Of a stretch of 37,745 nt of DNA, positions 27,634 to 35,786 are shown one piece after another (within the stretch, counting starts at the first letter, position 1; each line of letters starts with the position of its first letter). The DNA comes from a virus (lineage: Duplodnaviria > Heunggongvirae > Uroviricota > Caudoviricetes). Below the pieces are notes generated by a model that saw only the letters and a list, made by a program, of their open reading frames with translations, ran no database searches and had not been told where the DNA came from. The DNA lies in the IMG/VR virus record IMGVR_UViG_2541047874_000005, one strand, 5' to 3'. A program made the translations under genes and the position numbers.

Positions 27634-28316
27634 GCCGCCATCTCCCTGACCAGTTTTTCCGCCTGCTGGCGAACCTGCGCCAGAAACGCCTCACCACATG
27701 CCTCAAGTTCATCACGCCCGATGTAGCTGATTGCCGGTCCCTTCCAGGTCTTGTCGAAAACAGCAATAGCACCAGCGAAGAAAGCGCCTGTCGGCACCTG
27801 CTTCTCGTCCTTCGGTATAAACCAGGCAGGCAGTTCAAAACCAATACGCCCGCGAATAAAAGCAATATGATCTGCATCTTCCGGCCACCACACTTCGCTG
27901 GTGGCCGCTTTGATCAGGAAAACATAGCGCCCGCCCTTATCACGCATGACACTGGCATGTTTCATGATGTAACGCATGCCGGTGATGTATTGCCCCTCAT
28001 GCTGACTGGCGCGGCTGTATGGGGGATTACCAAAGGCAGCACCTTTAAGCTCCGCAAGACGTTCTGACCAGTCATGCGCCAGCGCGTTATCTTCCGCCGT
28101 GTAATACGCGGCACATTTGGCGTTATCACCGTCAGTAAACAGATCCAGAACAAACGGGCCAAACAGGGTGTTAATTCCCCAGAAAATGTTGTCCGGCGTG
28201 CGCCACTGATCGCCCACTTCCTTCAGTTCATGGGCTGGTTTGTTCCGCAGTTCCACCAGCGCCTGGCAATATTTATTACTCATTAAGCCCCCACGTAATT
28301 CCCTGACAGATACCAC
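27630..28316 (-). CDS. Phage-type DNA N6-adenine methyltransferase (orphan)
   Basis: 228 aa; motif IV FGNPPYS; no adjacent restriction endonuclease; likely start at internal M (MSNKYCQ) given overlap with the upstream gene. Confidence 0.8.
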   Translation of the reverse strand: MVSVRELRGGLMSNKYCQALVELRNKPAHELKEVGDQWRTPDNIFWGINTLFGPFVLDLFTDGDNAKCAAYYTAEDNALAHDWSERLAELKGAAFGNPPYSRASQHEGQYITGMRYIMKHASVMRDKGGRYVFLIKAATSEVWWPEDADHIAFIRGRIGFELPAWFIPKDEKQVPTGAFFAGAIAVFDKTWKGPAISYIGRDELEACGEAFLAQVRQQAEKLVREMAA

Positions 28317-28777
28317 TCTTCACCCGATGCAGCGCGCTTGCTGCTTTTCCGTAAGCACCGCTCACGACGCGCCAGAAAATTGTTTCGTTCTGGCTGGGAG
28401 TGGCTTTCACGGAATGCCGCCATCCACACGGTTGCAGCACGACGGTATAAGCCCCTGGACTCCAGTTCTTCAGCCTGGCGGGTCAGGCACAAAATCACCC
28501 GTGGATCGTTAGTGCCGACATAGAAATTGCGCACAGGTCTGGTTTCTCGAACTGGTTGTGGTTCCGGTTCCTGCGCTCTCTCAGTCAGGCGCGGGAAATG
28601 TCTGCGTGTATCTCCTTCACAACGGTGAGCCACACGCCCACTCTGACGTAACTTGCTTGCTGACTGCAGAACGCGCTGCCGTGAGTAACCTGCAAAAGCA
28701 TCCGCAATGTCTCCGGAAGTACACCCCGGATGGGCTTCAATGAATTTCTGAACTTCATTCAAAAGACTCATGATCAC
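28283..28777 (-). CDS. Protein with C-terminal PerC-like domain (putative transcriptional activator)
   Basis: 164 aa; C-terminal EELESRGLYRRAATVWMAAF...RRERCLRK matches my recollection of the PerC-family GLWRRAA.RW...RRE.CL motif. Confidence 0.45.
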   Translation of the reverse strand: MIMSLLNEVQKFIEAHPGCTSGDIADAFAGYSRQRVLQSASKLRQSGRVAHRCEGDTRRHFPRLTERAQEPEPQPVRETRPVRNFYVGTNDPRVILCLTRQAEELESRGLYRRAATVWMAAFRESHSQPERNNFLARRERCLRKSSKRAASGEEWYLSGNYVGA

Positions 28778-29592
28778 CCCCTGAATCCTTCCGGGATCTG
28801 GCTGTAGTCCACGTTGTCGTAACTGGCTTTGAAGTACGGGTCCTCGCGTCTGGCTGCAGATACCGCAGGAACTTCCCAGGATTCTTCGAAATGACGATCC
28901 GGACCAAAGAACGTGACAGCCTGTTTCACAAATTGTGTGCCGCTGTTACCCATCGCAGATACCCAGCCCGCGTAGCGTTTCACACCTTCCAGCATGGTTT
29001 CGGGGTTTACCCCCTCATTCAAACGGGCTTTCCAGGCTTTGAAGGCTGCAGATTTTGAATTGCCACCAGCACGTTTGGGATATACCAGCCATGCCTGCTC
29101 AAACTCCGGAGAGTATTCCGGTCGGTTTGAACGAACTCGCACGGACTCATCAACTGATGCACCAACAGCTATTGGTTCATTGACTGGTTCTTTGACTGGT
29201 TCAAAAGAGTGACTGGTTCTGGGTGAATCTCCTGCACTACCACCTGGTGCAACTCCTGCACTACCTGGTGAATTTGCTGCACCAGATAGTGAATTATTTG
29301 CACTACCCCCTAGTGAATCTCCTGCACCATCCAGATGAAGGAGATAGATATTACTTGAGTTACCTTTTTCACCTTTCCGGGTGACTTTTTTTACCAGCCC
29401 GGACTCACAAAGGGCCGCAATATGATTCATCACAGAACGTTTGCTAATCTCGCACTGGTCAGCAATATGCTGGTAGCTGGGCCAGCACTCACCCTGATCG
29501 CTGGCATTATCAGCCAGCTTGATCAGAACCAGTTTTCGCAATGGATTACCCACTCGAATTTTCATCGCTTTAACCATCAGCTCCATACTCAT
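28774..29592 (-). CDS. Putative replication initiation protein (N-terminal wHTH, low-complexity linker, C-terminal domain)
   Basis: 272 aa; N-terminal winged-helix-like VLIKLADNASDQGECWPSYQHIADQCEISKRSVMNHIAALCESGLV; Gly/Ser/Ala/Asn repeat linker encoded by tandem DNA repeats; lambda-O-like architecture. Confidence 0.55.
   Translation of the reverse strand: MSMELMVKAMKIRVGNPLRKLVLIKLADNASDQGECWPSYQHIADQCEISKRSVMNHIAALCESGLVKKVTRKGEKGNSSNIYLLHLDGAGDSLGGSANNSLSGAANSPGSAGVAPGGSAGDSPRTSHSFEPVKEPVNEPIAVGASVDESVRVRSNRPEYSPEFEQAWLVYPKRAGGNSKSAAFKAWKARLNEGVNPETMLEGVKRYAGWVSAMGNSGTQFVKQAVTFFGPDRHFEESWEVPAVSAARREDPYFKASYDNVDYSQIPEGFRG
29180..29340. repeat. Iteron-like tandem repeats inside the replication gene (candidate origin)
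   Basis: Three copies of GACTGGTTC (29182..29219) and about five degenerate 21-24 bp units of the form GTGAATCTCCTGCACTACC (29220..29335). Confidence 0.45.
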
Positions 29593-29825
29593 GCTGCACC
29601 TCCGAGATGCTTCATGTTTTTTCCGGAGCGAAAGGCTATAAGCGGCATACTGACGCGGTAATTACGGCCCAGCGGTTCACAAACCACCTTCTGACATTCA
29701 CGGTCAACCAGGCTAACACGTAGAACATGCCCTGCAGGCGTGGTGTACCACTGCCCAACTGTAGGAATTGATGTTTTTTTACGCTGAAGTAAACGGCGAA
29801 TATTGAGGCTCAACAGATTAAGCAT
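29589..29825 (-). CDS. Small hypothetical protein
   Basis: 78 aa ORF with start/stop overlaps to both neighbours; basic. Confidence 0.4.
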   Translation of the reverse strand: MLNLLSLNIRRLLQRKKTSIPTVGQWYTTPAGHVLRVSLVDRECQKVVCEPLGRNYRVSMPLIAFRSGKNMKHLGGAA

Positions 29826-30654
29826 GACGATGCCCTCCGCTGATATTCAGGAGACGGTGAATATGAAAATTAGCCTTATCCGCCAGACGAATACGTTCAG
29901 CCTGCAAGTTAAGAAGGGTTTCTACCAAAACCTGATGCGCCTGCGGATCCGAAAGAGTTACCTTGCGCAGAGCACGTAGTGCAGTTGTTACATAACTGAG
30001 TTTATGTAAGTCTTCATCATTCAGACGAGTGAGGGCTGGGACAGTAGCCATGATGGCAGCCTCCTTGATCGGTGAAATACTTCCACCACCGGAAACGCCA
30101 ATTTCGCTGGTGGTGAACTGAACGGGGTTGGCGTAACCGGTGATCAAGGAAACCGGCGCATCTTTCGATGCCCCCGCCCAGCCCACCATAACTTTGATGT
30201 GAGCAAATGCGGACGATAAAAAAGACGCTGGCGCGTCATATATCGCCTTGATCAATTCCAGGACGCCAATCCCGGCACCCGCTTTATAAGGTGCCTGAAC
30301 AGTGTAACGTCCCGGAATGGCAGAATCAATGTGCTGGTGGTCCTTCACACTCAACAAAATCACGCCTGAATTTCCACAAAGGACTAAAGCACTCATGCGG
30401 GTAGTCTTTGCGAAGATAGATAACGCGCTGTGTTTCTGGCTCCCAACGAATAACATGAACATAAAGTCCTCTTCCGTCACGAAACCAGCGGTTAAGTTCC
30501 TGCACAACTCGCCCCCCACAGTCAGGTAAAGTTCTCTGTGGTTACTTACAGCCAGGTGATTTGGTAATCTGCATTCATGCCGTAACAACAGGTGTTCAGC
30601 GACACTGACCACCAGCTGTTGCGACAAACGGTTATTTGCCGTTAAACTGTTCAT
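29818..30654 (-). CDS. Hypothetical early protein
   Basis: 278 aa; between CII-like and replication genes; no Walker motif; no family recognised. Confidence 0.5.
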   Translation of the reverse strand: MNSLTANNRLSQQLVVSVAEHLLLRHECRLPNHLAVSNHRELYLTVGGELCRNLTAGFVTEEDFMFMLFVGSQKHSALSIFAKTTRMSALVLCGNSGVILLSVKDHQHIDSAIPGRYTVQAPYKAGAGIGVLELIKAIYDAPASFLSSAFAHIKVMVGWAGASKDAPVSLITGYANPVQFTTSEIGVSGGGSISPIKEAAIMATVPALTRLNDEDLHKLSYVTTALRALRKVTLSDPQAHQVLVETLLNLQAERIRLADKANFHIHRLLNISGGHRHA

Positions 30655-31214
30655 GCGTTAGTTTCTCCACAGACACAAAACGCCACGACGCCCGGAGCTG
30701 CACACTCGCGGGCGTCACTCTTTTCTGGAGCGCAAAAGATTTTGTAGACCAGTGCTGCATGCTCCTGGAGCTTCGAAATTGACAGATACAACTCATCATT
30801 AATTGCTGTCTGCTCGTGTGGCTCCACTACCCCATCTTCGATTGCCGAACGAATCTGCTTTGAGTAACTCCCGATCTGTTCGATGACTTCCAGCAGGCGC
30901 TGGTTTATATCGGCGTTCTCTACTTCCTCAATTTCAGGAAGCGATACAAACACCCCACCAGCAGACTGTGCGACAGCATCCGCAATGTAGTGAGTGCCAG
31001 CCGCGCGCTGTAAAATCATTGCCCATCCCAGCGGGAAAATCTGATCGCCATCTGCACGAAGGCGGTTGAATAAAGCGTTCTCTGTTACATCCAGCCACTC
31101 AGCAGCTTCAGCGTAACCCCCCGGCAACGCCGCGATAGTTTTTCTGACAGCTTTCACGTACCACTCAGGCTGTTTTTCTACTTTCCAGTGATGCTTACCC
31201 ACGGTTAGCCTCAT
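30651..31214 (-). CDS. Putative CII-like regulatory protein (tentative)
   Basis: 187 aa, first gene after cro-like; family assignment by position and size only. Confidence 0.4.
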   Translation of the reverse strand: MRLTVGKHHWKVEKQPEWYVKAVRKTIAALPGGYAEAAEWLDVTENALFNRLRADGDQIFPLGWAMILQRAAGTHYIADAVAQSAGGVFVSLPEIEEVENADINQRLLEVIEQIGSYSKQIRSAIEDGVVEPHEQTAINDELYLSISKLQEHAALVYKIFCAPEKSDARECAAPGVVAFCVCGETNA

Positions 31215-31245
31215 CGTTCTGTGGTTAAAAATTGAAGGTGTTCTG

Positions 31246-31446
31246 TTAATCTTTCGGATAGATATCCGGTCTTAAGTCAGATTTCGTAATTGCACCTGAC
31301 GTGCATTGCTCAAGTTTTTTAGCCAGCACAAAACTGGCTTTTTTATAACCATTGAAAACCAGCCGTAAGTAGCCTGGTGTTGAGCCAACTTTTCCGGCCA
31401 ACTCGCCCTGCTGTTCTTTGGTTAAAGAGTCCCAATACGCTTTCAT
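31246..31446 (-). CDS. cro: Cro-like HTH repressor
   Basis: About 66 aa from the ATG at 31446 (GGAGGT RBS); HTH-like LAGKVGSTPGYLRLVF...AITKSDLRPD; divergent from cI. Confidence 0.6.
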   Translation of the reverse strand: MKAYWDSLTKEQQGELAGKVGSTPGYLRLVFNGYKKASFVLAKKLEQCTSGAITKSDLRPDIYPKD

Positions 31447-31536
31447 ACAATATGTACCTCCGATATACATATTACATGATTGAGATGAACCTTCAAGATA
31501 CTTGTACCCTATCGGTACAAAGGTTTTAATTTCGTT
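31447..31536. promoter_or_regulatory. cI-cro divergent promoter/operator region
   Basis: 90-bp intergenic region with palindromes: TTGTACC-ctatc-GGTACAA (31502..31520), TACAATATGTA (about 31446..31456), TTGAGAT/AGATAC half-site-like elements. Confidence 0.55.
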
Positions 31537-32211
31537 ATGAAAACAGTCCATGACATCCGGCGGTCTAACGCCAGAAAACTGAGAGATGGTGTTGGCGGGA
31601 ATTCTTCCTTTGCCACCATGATTGATCGCGAGCCAACCCAGACCAGCAGGTTTATGGGAGATGGTGCTACTAAAAATATCGGTGACAGCATGGCACGGCA
31701 CATCGAAAAATGTTTCGACCTGCCTGTCGGATGGCTTGATCAAGAACACCAGACAACAAACATCACAAAAAAACCTGATGTTTCAATTACTAACAAACAA
31801 ATAACGTTAGTCCCTGTCATATCATGGGTACAGGCCGGAGCATGGAAAGAAGTTGGCTATTCTGAGGTTGATTTGAGCACAGCAGAAACTTATCCCTGCC
31901 CTGTACCCTGTGGCGAAATGACTTATATCTTGCGGGTGATTGGTGATTCAATGATTGATGAGTACCGCCCGGGAGACATGATTTTTGTTGATCCCGAAGT
32001 CCCTGCCTGCCACGGTGACGACGTTATTGCATTGATGCACGATACAGGCGAAACCACCTTCAAGCGATTGATAGAAGATGGAACACAGCGTTATCTCAAA
32101 GCATTAAACCCAAACTGGCCTGAGCCTTACATTAAGATTAACGGTAATTGCTCTATAATTGGTACAGTAATTTTCTCAGGAAAACCAAGAAGATACAAAA
32201 TAAAGGCCTAA
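31537..32211 (+). CDS. cI: CI-type prophage repressor with S24 (LexA-like) autopeptidase domain
   Basis: 224 aa; C-terminal VIGDSM...GD...K and a QAG cleavage-site-like motif; N-terminal HTH-like region; divergent from cro. Confidence 0.85.
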   Translation: MKTVHDIRRSNARKLRDGVGGNSSFATMIDREPTQTSRFMGDGATKNIGDSMARHIEKCFDLPVGWLDQEHQTTNITKKPDVSITNKQITLVPVISWVQAGAWKEVGYSEVDLSTAETYPCPVPCGEMTYILRVIGDSMIDEYRPGDMIFVDPEVPACHGDDVIALMHDTGETTFKRLIEDGTQRYLKALNPNWPEPYIKINGNCSIIGTVIFSGKPRRYKIKA

Positions 32212-32222
32212 TCAATATTTAT

Positions 32223-32246
32223 AACCTGCTTCGGCAGGTTTTTTTA
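32223..32246 (+). terminator. Rho-independent terminator after cI
   Basis: ACCTGC-TTCG-GCAGGT hairpin followed by TTTTTTT. Confidence 0.7.
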
Positions 32247-32249
32247 TAC

Positions 32250-32286
32250 TTGACAATGTACCCTTGAGATACATAATGTATCTCAA
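32250..32286 (+). promoter_or_regulatory. PL-like early-left promoter with palindromic operator
   Basis: TTGACA (32250..32255), 16 nt spacer, CATAAT (32272..32277); perfect palindrome TTGAGATACAT-A-ATGTATCTCAA (32264..32286) overlapping the -10. Confidence 0.6.
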
Positions 32287-32760
32287 AGAAACATGCCACA
32301 GGCAAGATTAAACAAAATTTGGTTGTAACACGGCGTATGGCACATGCGTCGTTAGCGGTCTGGGGACGTTAAAGGGGACAATCCACTCCTTGCTCGGGCA
32401 AACAAACCAGGTAGCCGGAATGTGCAAGTCAATGATGATGCTGATAAGACGCCTAACCAGCGTGGCGGTTCGGTTTGACACCTGGGAAGAGACCAGGGTG
32501 CAACGATGAGGGCATTTATGGAACCGCGACAAAGTGTGGTGCCGTAACTGGCTAAGTGCTCTCAGCGTTGTGGTGAATGCGCAGGCTGATGCGCGAAAGA
32601 CATTGCAGCTAATGCGGAAAAGAGCTGTTCGGCGGGGCAATTAAACGCCCGTGAGAGTCTGAAATAACCGCAAGCCGGAGATCAGCACCGGTCACCACAA
32701 CAGCCACTGCTTTGGCGGTACCAGTTTGTACACTTGCTTCCGGCTGGTACCGTCCTTTTT
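32287..32760 (+). ncRNA. Candidate noncoding leader/sRNA from the PL-like promoter, ending in a DicF-like hairpin
   Basis: No ORF over 29 codons on + strand across about 450 nt after the promoter; terminal segment CTTTGGCGGTACCAGTTTGTAC resembles my recollection of the DicF core. Confidence 0.3.
32714..32760 (+). terminator. Strong intrinsic terminator hairpin (tL-like / sRNA 3' end)
   Basis: GGCGGTACCAG (32714..32724) pairs with CTGGTACCGTCC (32744..32755), 11 bp with one G.U, followed by TTTTT. Confidence 0.6.
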
Positions 32761-32897
32761 ACAAAACAGAGAAGAGCATCACCGGACGACGGGCTCATAA
32801 CCCAATCCATCCGGGCGGCTGCCACCGCAGGTGTTCTTCTCTGTTTTGTGGAGAAACTAATCGGCCTTGCAGGGTCGATATGATGAGGAGCAGCAAA

Positions 32898-33260
32898 ATG
32901 GCTAGCGAACGCAGTACTGATGTGCAGGCATTTATCGGGGAGCTGGACGGCGGCGTATTTGAAACCAAAATCGGCGCAGTTCTCAGTGAAGTCGCTTCCG
33001 GTGTGATGAACACGAAAACCAAAGGTAAGGTCTCACTCAACCTGGAAATCGAACCATTTGATGAGAACCGTGTGAAAATCAAACACAAACTCTCATATGT
33101 TCGCCCGACTAACCGCGGGAAAATTTCCGAAGAAGACACCACCGAAACGCCGATGTATGTCAATCGCGGTGGTCGCCTGACTATTCTGCAGGAAGACCAG
33201 GGACAATTACTGACTCTTGCCGGTGAACCTGACGGAAAACTCCGCGCAGCAGGTCATTAA
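32898..33260 (+). CDS. YfdP-like hypothetical protein
   Basis: 120 aa from ATG at 32898 (AGGAG RBS 7 nt upstream); same length and position as yfdP in the K-12 CPS-53 yfdPQRS cluster (recalled). Confidence 0.55.
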   Translation: MASERSTDVQAFIGELDGGVFETKIGAVLSEVASGVMNTKTKGKVSLNLEIEPFDENRVKIKHKLSYVRPTNRGKISEEDTTETPMYVNRGGRLTILQEDQGQLLTLAGEPDGKLRAAGH

Positions 33261-33324
33261 TACGTTATTAATAAACTGATTATTTATCTCATCACTGAAT
33301 ATCTTTATATAGTGAGGACTTATT

Positions 33325-34149
33325 ATGTCTCAGAACTTAGACGCAACCGCAATTAATCAAATCCATGCCCTTATTTCTGCTCAGGGTGTTAATGAAATTA
33401 TCAGTAATATTGGTGCCGACGCAGTGGCATTACCTGAAAATTTCCGCATTCATGATCTGGAAAAATTTAATTTAAATCGCTTCCGTTTCCGTGGTGCGCT
33501 TTCCACTGCCAGCATCGATGACTTTACCCGTTATTCTAAAGATCTTGCAGATGAAGGCACCCGCTGCTTTATCGATGCCGATAATATGCGAGCAGTCAGT
33601 GTGCTTAACCTGGGTACTATTGATGAACCAGGTCACGCAGATAATACCGCCACTCTCAAACTGAAAAAGACAGCACCGTTCTCTGCTCTGTTGTCTGTTA
33701 ACGGCGAGCGTCATTCCCAGAAGTCACTGGCAGAATGGATTGAAGACTGGGCCGACTACCTTGTGGGCTTTGATGCTAATGGTGACGCTATTCAGGCAAC
33801 AAAAGCGGCTGCGGCTGTCCGTAAAATCACGATTGAAGCAAACCAGACCGCTGATTTTGAAGATAATGACTTCAGCGGCAAACGCTCCCTGATGGAGTCT
33901 GTCGAAGCGAAAACCAAAGATATTATGCCAGTGGCATTTGAATTTAAATGCGTTCCGTTTGAAGGTCTGAAAGAACGTCCATTTAAATTACGCCTCAGCA
34001 TTATCACTGGCGATCGTCCTGTACTGGTTCTGCGCATTATTCAGCTGGAAGCAATGCAAGAAGAAATGGCTAACGAATTTCGTGATCTGCTTGTTGAGAA
34101 ATTCAAAGACAGCAAAGTAGAAACCTTTATTGGTACTTTCACCGCCTGA
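33325..34149 (+). CDS. YfdQ-like protein (DUF2303)
   Basis: 274 aa, identical length to K-12 YfdQ as I recall it; follows the yfdP-like gene. Confidence 0.6.
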   Translation: MSQNLDATAINQIHALISAQGVNEIISNIGADAVALPENFRIHDLEKFNLNRFRFRGALSTASIDDFTRYSKDLADEGTRCFIDADNMRAVSVLNLGTIDEPGHADNTATLKLKKTAPFSALLSVNGERHSQKSLAEWIEDWADYLVGFDANGDAIQATKAAAAVRKITIEANQTADFEDNDFSGKRSLMESVEAKTKDIMPVAFEFKCVPFEGLKERPFKLRLSIITGDRPVLVLRIIQLEAMQEEMANEFRDLLVEKFKDSKVETFIGTFTA

Positions 34150-34276
34150 TTTCATTACTGCAAATGCCCCTGCGGGGGCATTTATGGAAACGTAATTAAC
34201 TCAATAATCACCGGATGGTGAGGGATTCTTTTTAGCAGAATTCAGCGCGGTGCAGCGCATATACGTGGAGAACAAA

Positions 34277-34813
34277 ATGTCATTTATTAAAACTTTTTCC
34301 GGGAAGCATTTTTATTATGACAGGATAAATAAAGACGACATCGATATTAACGATATCGCGGTTTCCCTTTCAAATATCTGTCGCTTTGCAGGACATCTTT
34401 CACACTTCTACAGTGTCGCCCAGCATGCGGTGCTTTGCAGCCAACTGGTGCCGCAGGAATTTGCTTTTGAAGCGTTAATGCATGATGCAACAGAAGCGTA
34501 TTGCCAGGACATCCCCGCACCACTAAAACGCCTTCTTCCTGACTATAAACGGATGGAAGAAAAAATAGACGCCGTAATCCGTGAGAAATACGGGTTACCT
34601 CCTGTTATGAGCACGCCAGTGAAATATGCCGATCTCATCATGCTGGCAACCGAACGCCGCGATCTCGGACTTGATGATGGCTCTTTCTGGCCTGTATTGG
34701 AAGGTATCCCGGCAACAGAGATGTTCAAAGTGATTCCACTGGCTCCAGGCCATGCCTACGGGATGTTTATGGAACGTTTTAACGAGTTATCGGAGTTACG
34801 CAAATGCGCATGA
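34277..34813 (+). CDS. YfdR-like HD-domain phosphohydrolase (putative 5'-deoxynucleotidase)
   Basis: 178 aa from MSFIKTF; H...HD-type motif (ALMHDATEAY) consistent with the HD superfamily. Confidence 0.6.
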   Translation: MSFIKTFSGKHFYYDRINKDDIDINDIAVSLSNICRFAGHLSHFYSVAQHAVLCSQLVPQEFAFEALMHDATEAYCQDIPAPLKRLLPDYKRMEEKIDAVIREKYGLPPVMSTPVKYADLIMLATERRDLGLDDGSFWPVLEGIPATEMFKVIPLAPGHAYGMFMERFNELSELRKCA

Positions 34814-35166
34814 ATGTTTTCGAAATGGAAGGGTTTCTTCGCGGGAAATGTGTACCGCAAGATCTGAAAGTGAACGAAACAAATGCTGAGTACCTGGTAC
34901 GTAAATTCGATGCGCTTGAAGCTAAATGTGCGGCACTGGAAAACAAAATAATACCAGTGTCAGCTGAACTACCACCAGCAAATGAAAGTGTTCTGTTATT
35001 TGATGCTAACGGAGAAGGCTGGCTGATTGGCTGGCGTTCTCTCTGGTACACCTGGGGACAAAAAGAAACCGGAGAATGGCAGTGGACATTTCAGGTCGGG
35101 GACATTGAAAGCGTCAATATCACTCACTGGGCAGTAATGCCAAAAGCACCGGAGGCTGGAGCATAA
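34804..35166 (+). CDS. YfdS-like protein (DUF551-like C-terminus)
   Basis: 120 aa; C-terminal ITHWAVMPKAPE motif; overlaps the upstream stop. Confidence 0.55.
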   Translation: MRMNVFEMEGFLRGKCVPQDLKVNETNAEYLVRKFDALEAKCAALENKIIPVSAELPPANESVLLFDANGEGWLIGWRSLWYTWGQKETGEWQWTFQVGDIESVNITHWAVMPKAPEAGA

Positions 35167-35786
35167 TGACCACATTTACCGATAAAGAACTGATTAAAGA
35201 AATCAAAGAGCGTATCAGCAGCCTGGAGGTTCGAGACGATATTGAGCGCCGTGCTTATGAAATTGCTCTGGCATCGCTGGAAGAGGAGCCGGTGGCATGG
35301 CTACATTCAGACAATGACTTAGGTATTCCAGCAATAACCAGGAGTAAAAACATTGCTGACAGTTGGTTATCAAAGGGCTGGTATGTTCAGCCGCTATATA
35401 TAGCCAAGCCAGTGCCGGTGGTGCCAGATGCTCGTCCGACTTTAAATAATGGCATAGTCGGTTTTGATGAAGGCTGGAACGCCTGCCGCGCCACCATGCT
35501 TCACGGTGTCAAACCTGTAAGCCAGACTTACAAGTTGAACAAGCTGTCTGGCAACTCTCCGGTAACTCCGGATGGTTGGATAAGCTGTAGTGAGCGAATG
35601 CCGAACGATAAACAATATGTTTGGTGTTGGGGTAAGTCTTACGGCTGGACTGAGTGCGATACCTTCGAAGGGTATTACGATTGTTCGAGAAACAAATGGT
35701 GGGCAGTTACTGACGATGGGGAAGAACCGGCATTGAAAGTAACCCACTGGATGCCGCTACCGGAACCGCCGCAGGAGGTGAAGTAA
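35166..35786 (+). CDS. Hypothetical protein with DUF551-like C-terminal motif
   Basis: 206 aa; C-terminal VTHWMPLPEPP resembles the YfdS-like C-terminus; N-terminal coiled-coil-like region. Confidence 0.5.
   Translation: MTTFTDKELIKEIKERISSLEVRDDIERRAYEIALASLEEEPVAWLHSDNDLGIPAITRSKNIADSWLSKGWYVQPLYIAKPVPVVPDARPTLNNGIVGFDEGWNACRATMLHGVKPVSQTYKLNKLSGNSPVTPDGWISCSERMPNDKQYVWCWGKSYGWTECDTFEGYYDCSRNKWWAVTDDGEEPALKVTHWMPLPEPPQEVK

Noticed and set aside
27365-28067. Overlapping ORFs of 170 aa (-) and 193 aa (+)
   Set aside because: Out-of-frame or antisense overlaps of the Dam methyltransferase and LexA-DBD genes, which have clear motifs; these are shadow frames.
32308-32640. 110-aa minus-strand ORF in the region after the PL-like promoter
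   Set aside because: Antisense to the direction of the strong promoter, no RBS, Arg/Cys-rich composition; the region is better explained as noncoding RNA.
32287-32700. Possible retron msr-msd or CRISPR-like element in the noncoding region
   Set aside because: No reverse transcriptase or cas gene anywhere in the window, and no direct-repeat/spacer periodicity; only isolated hairpins.
33472-34037. Minus-strand ORFs of 80 and 81 aa
   Set aside because: Antisense within the yfdQ-like gene; no signals.
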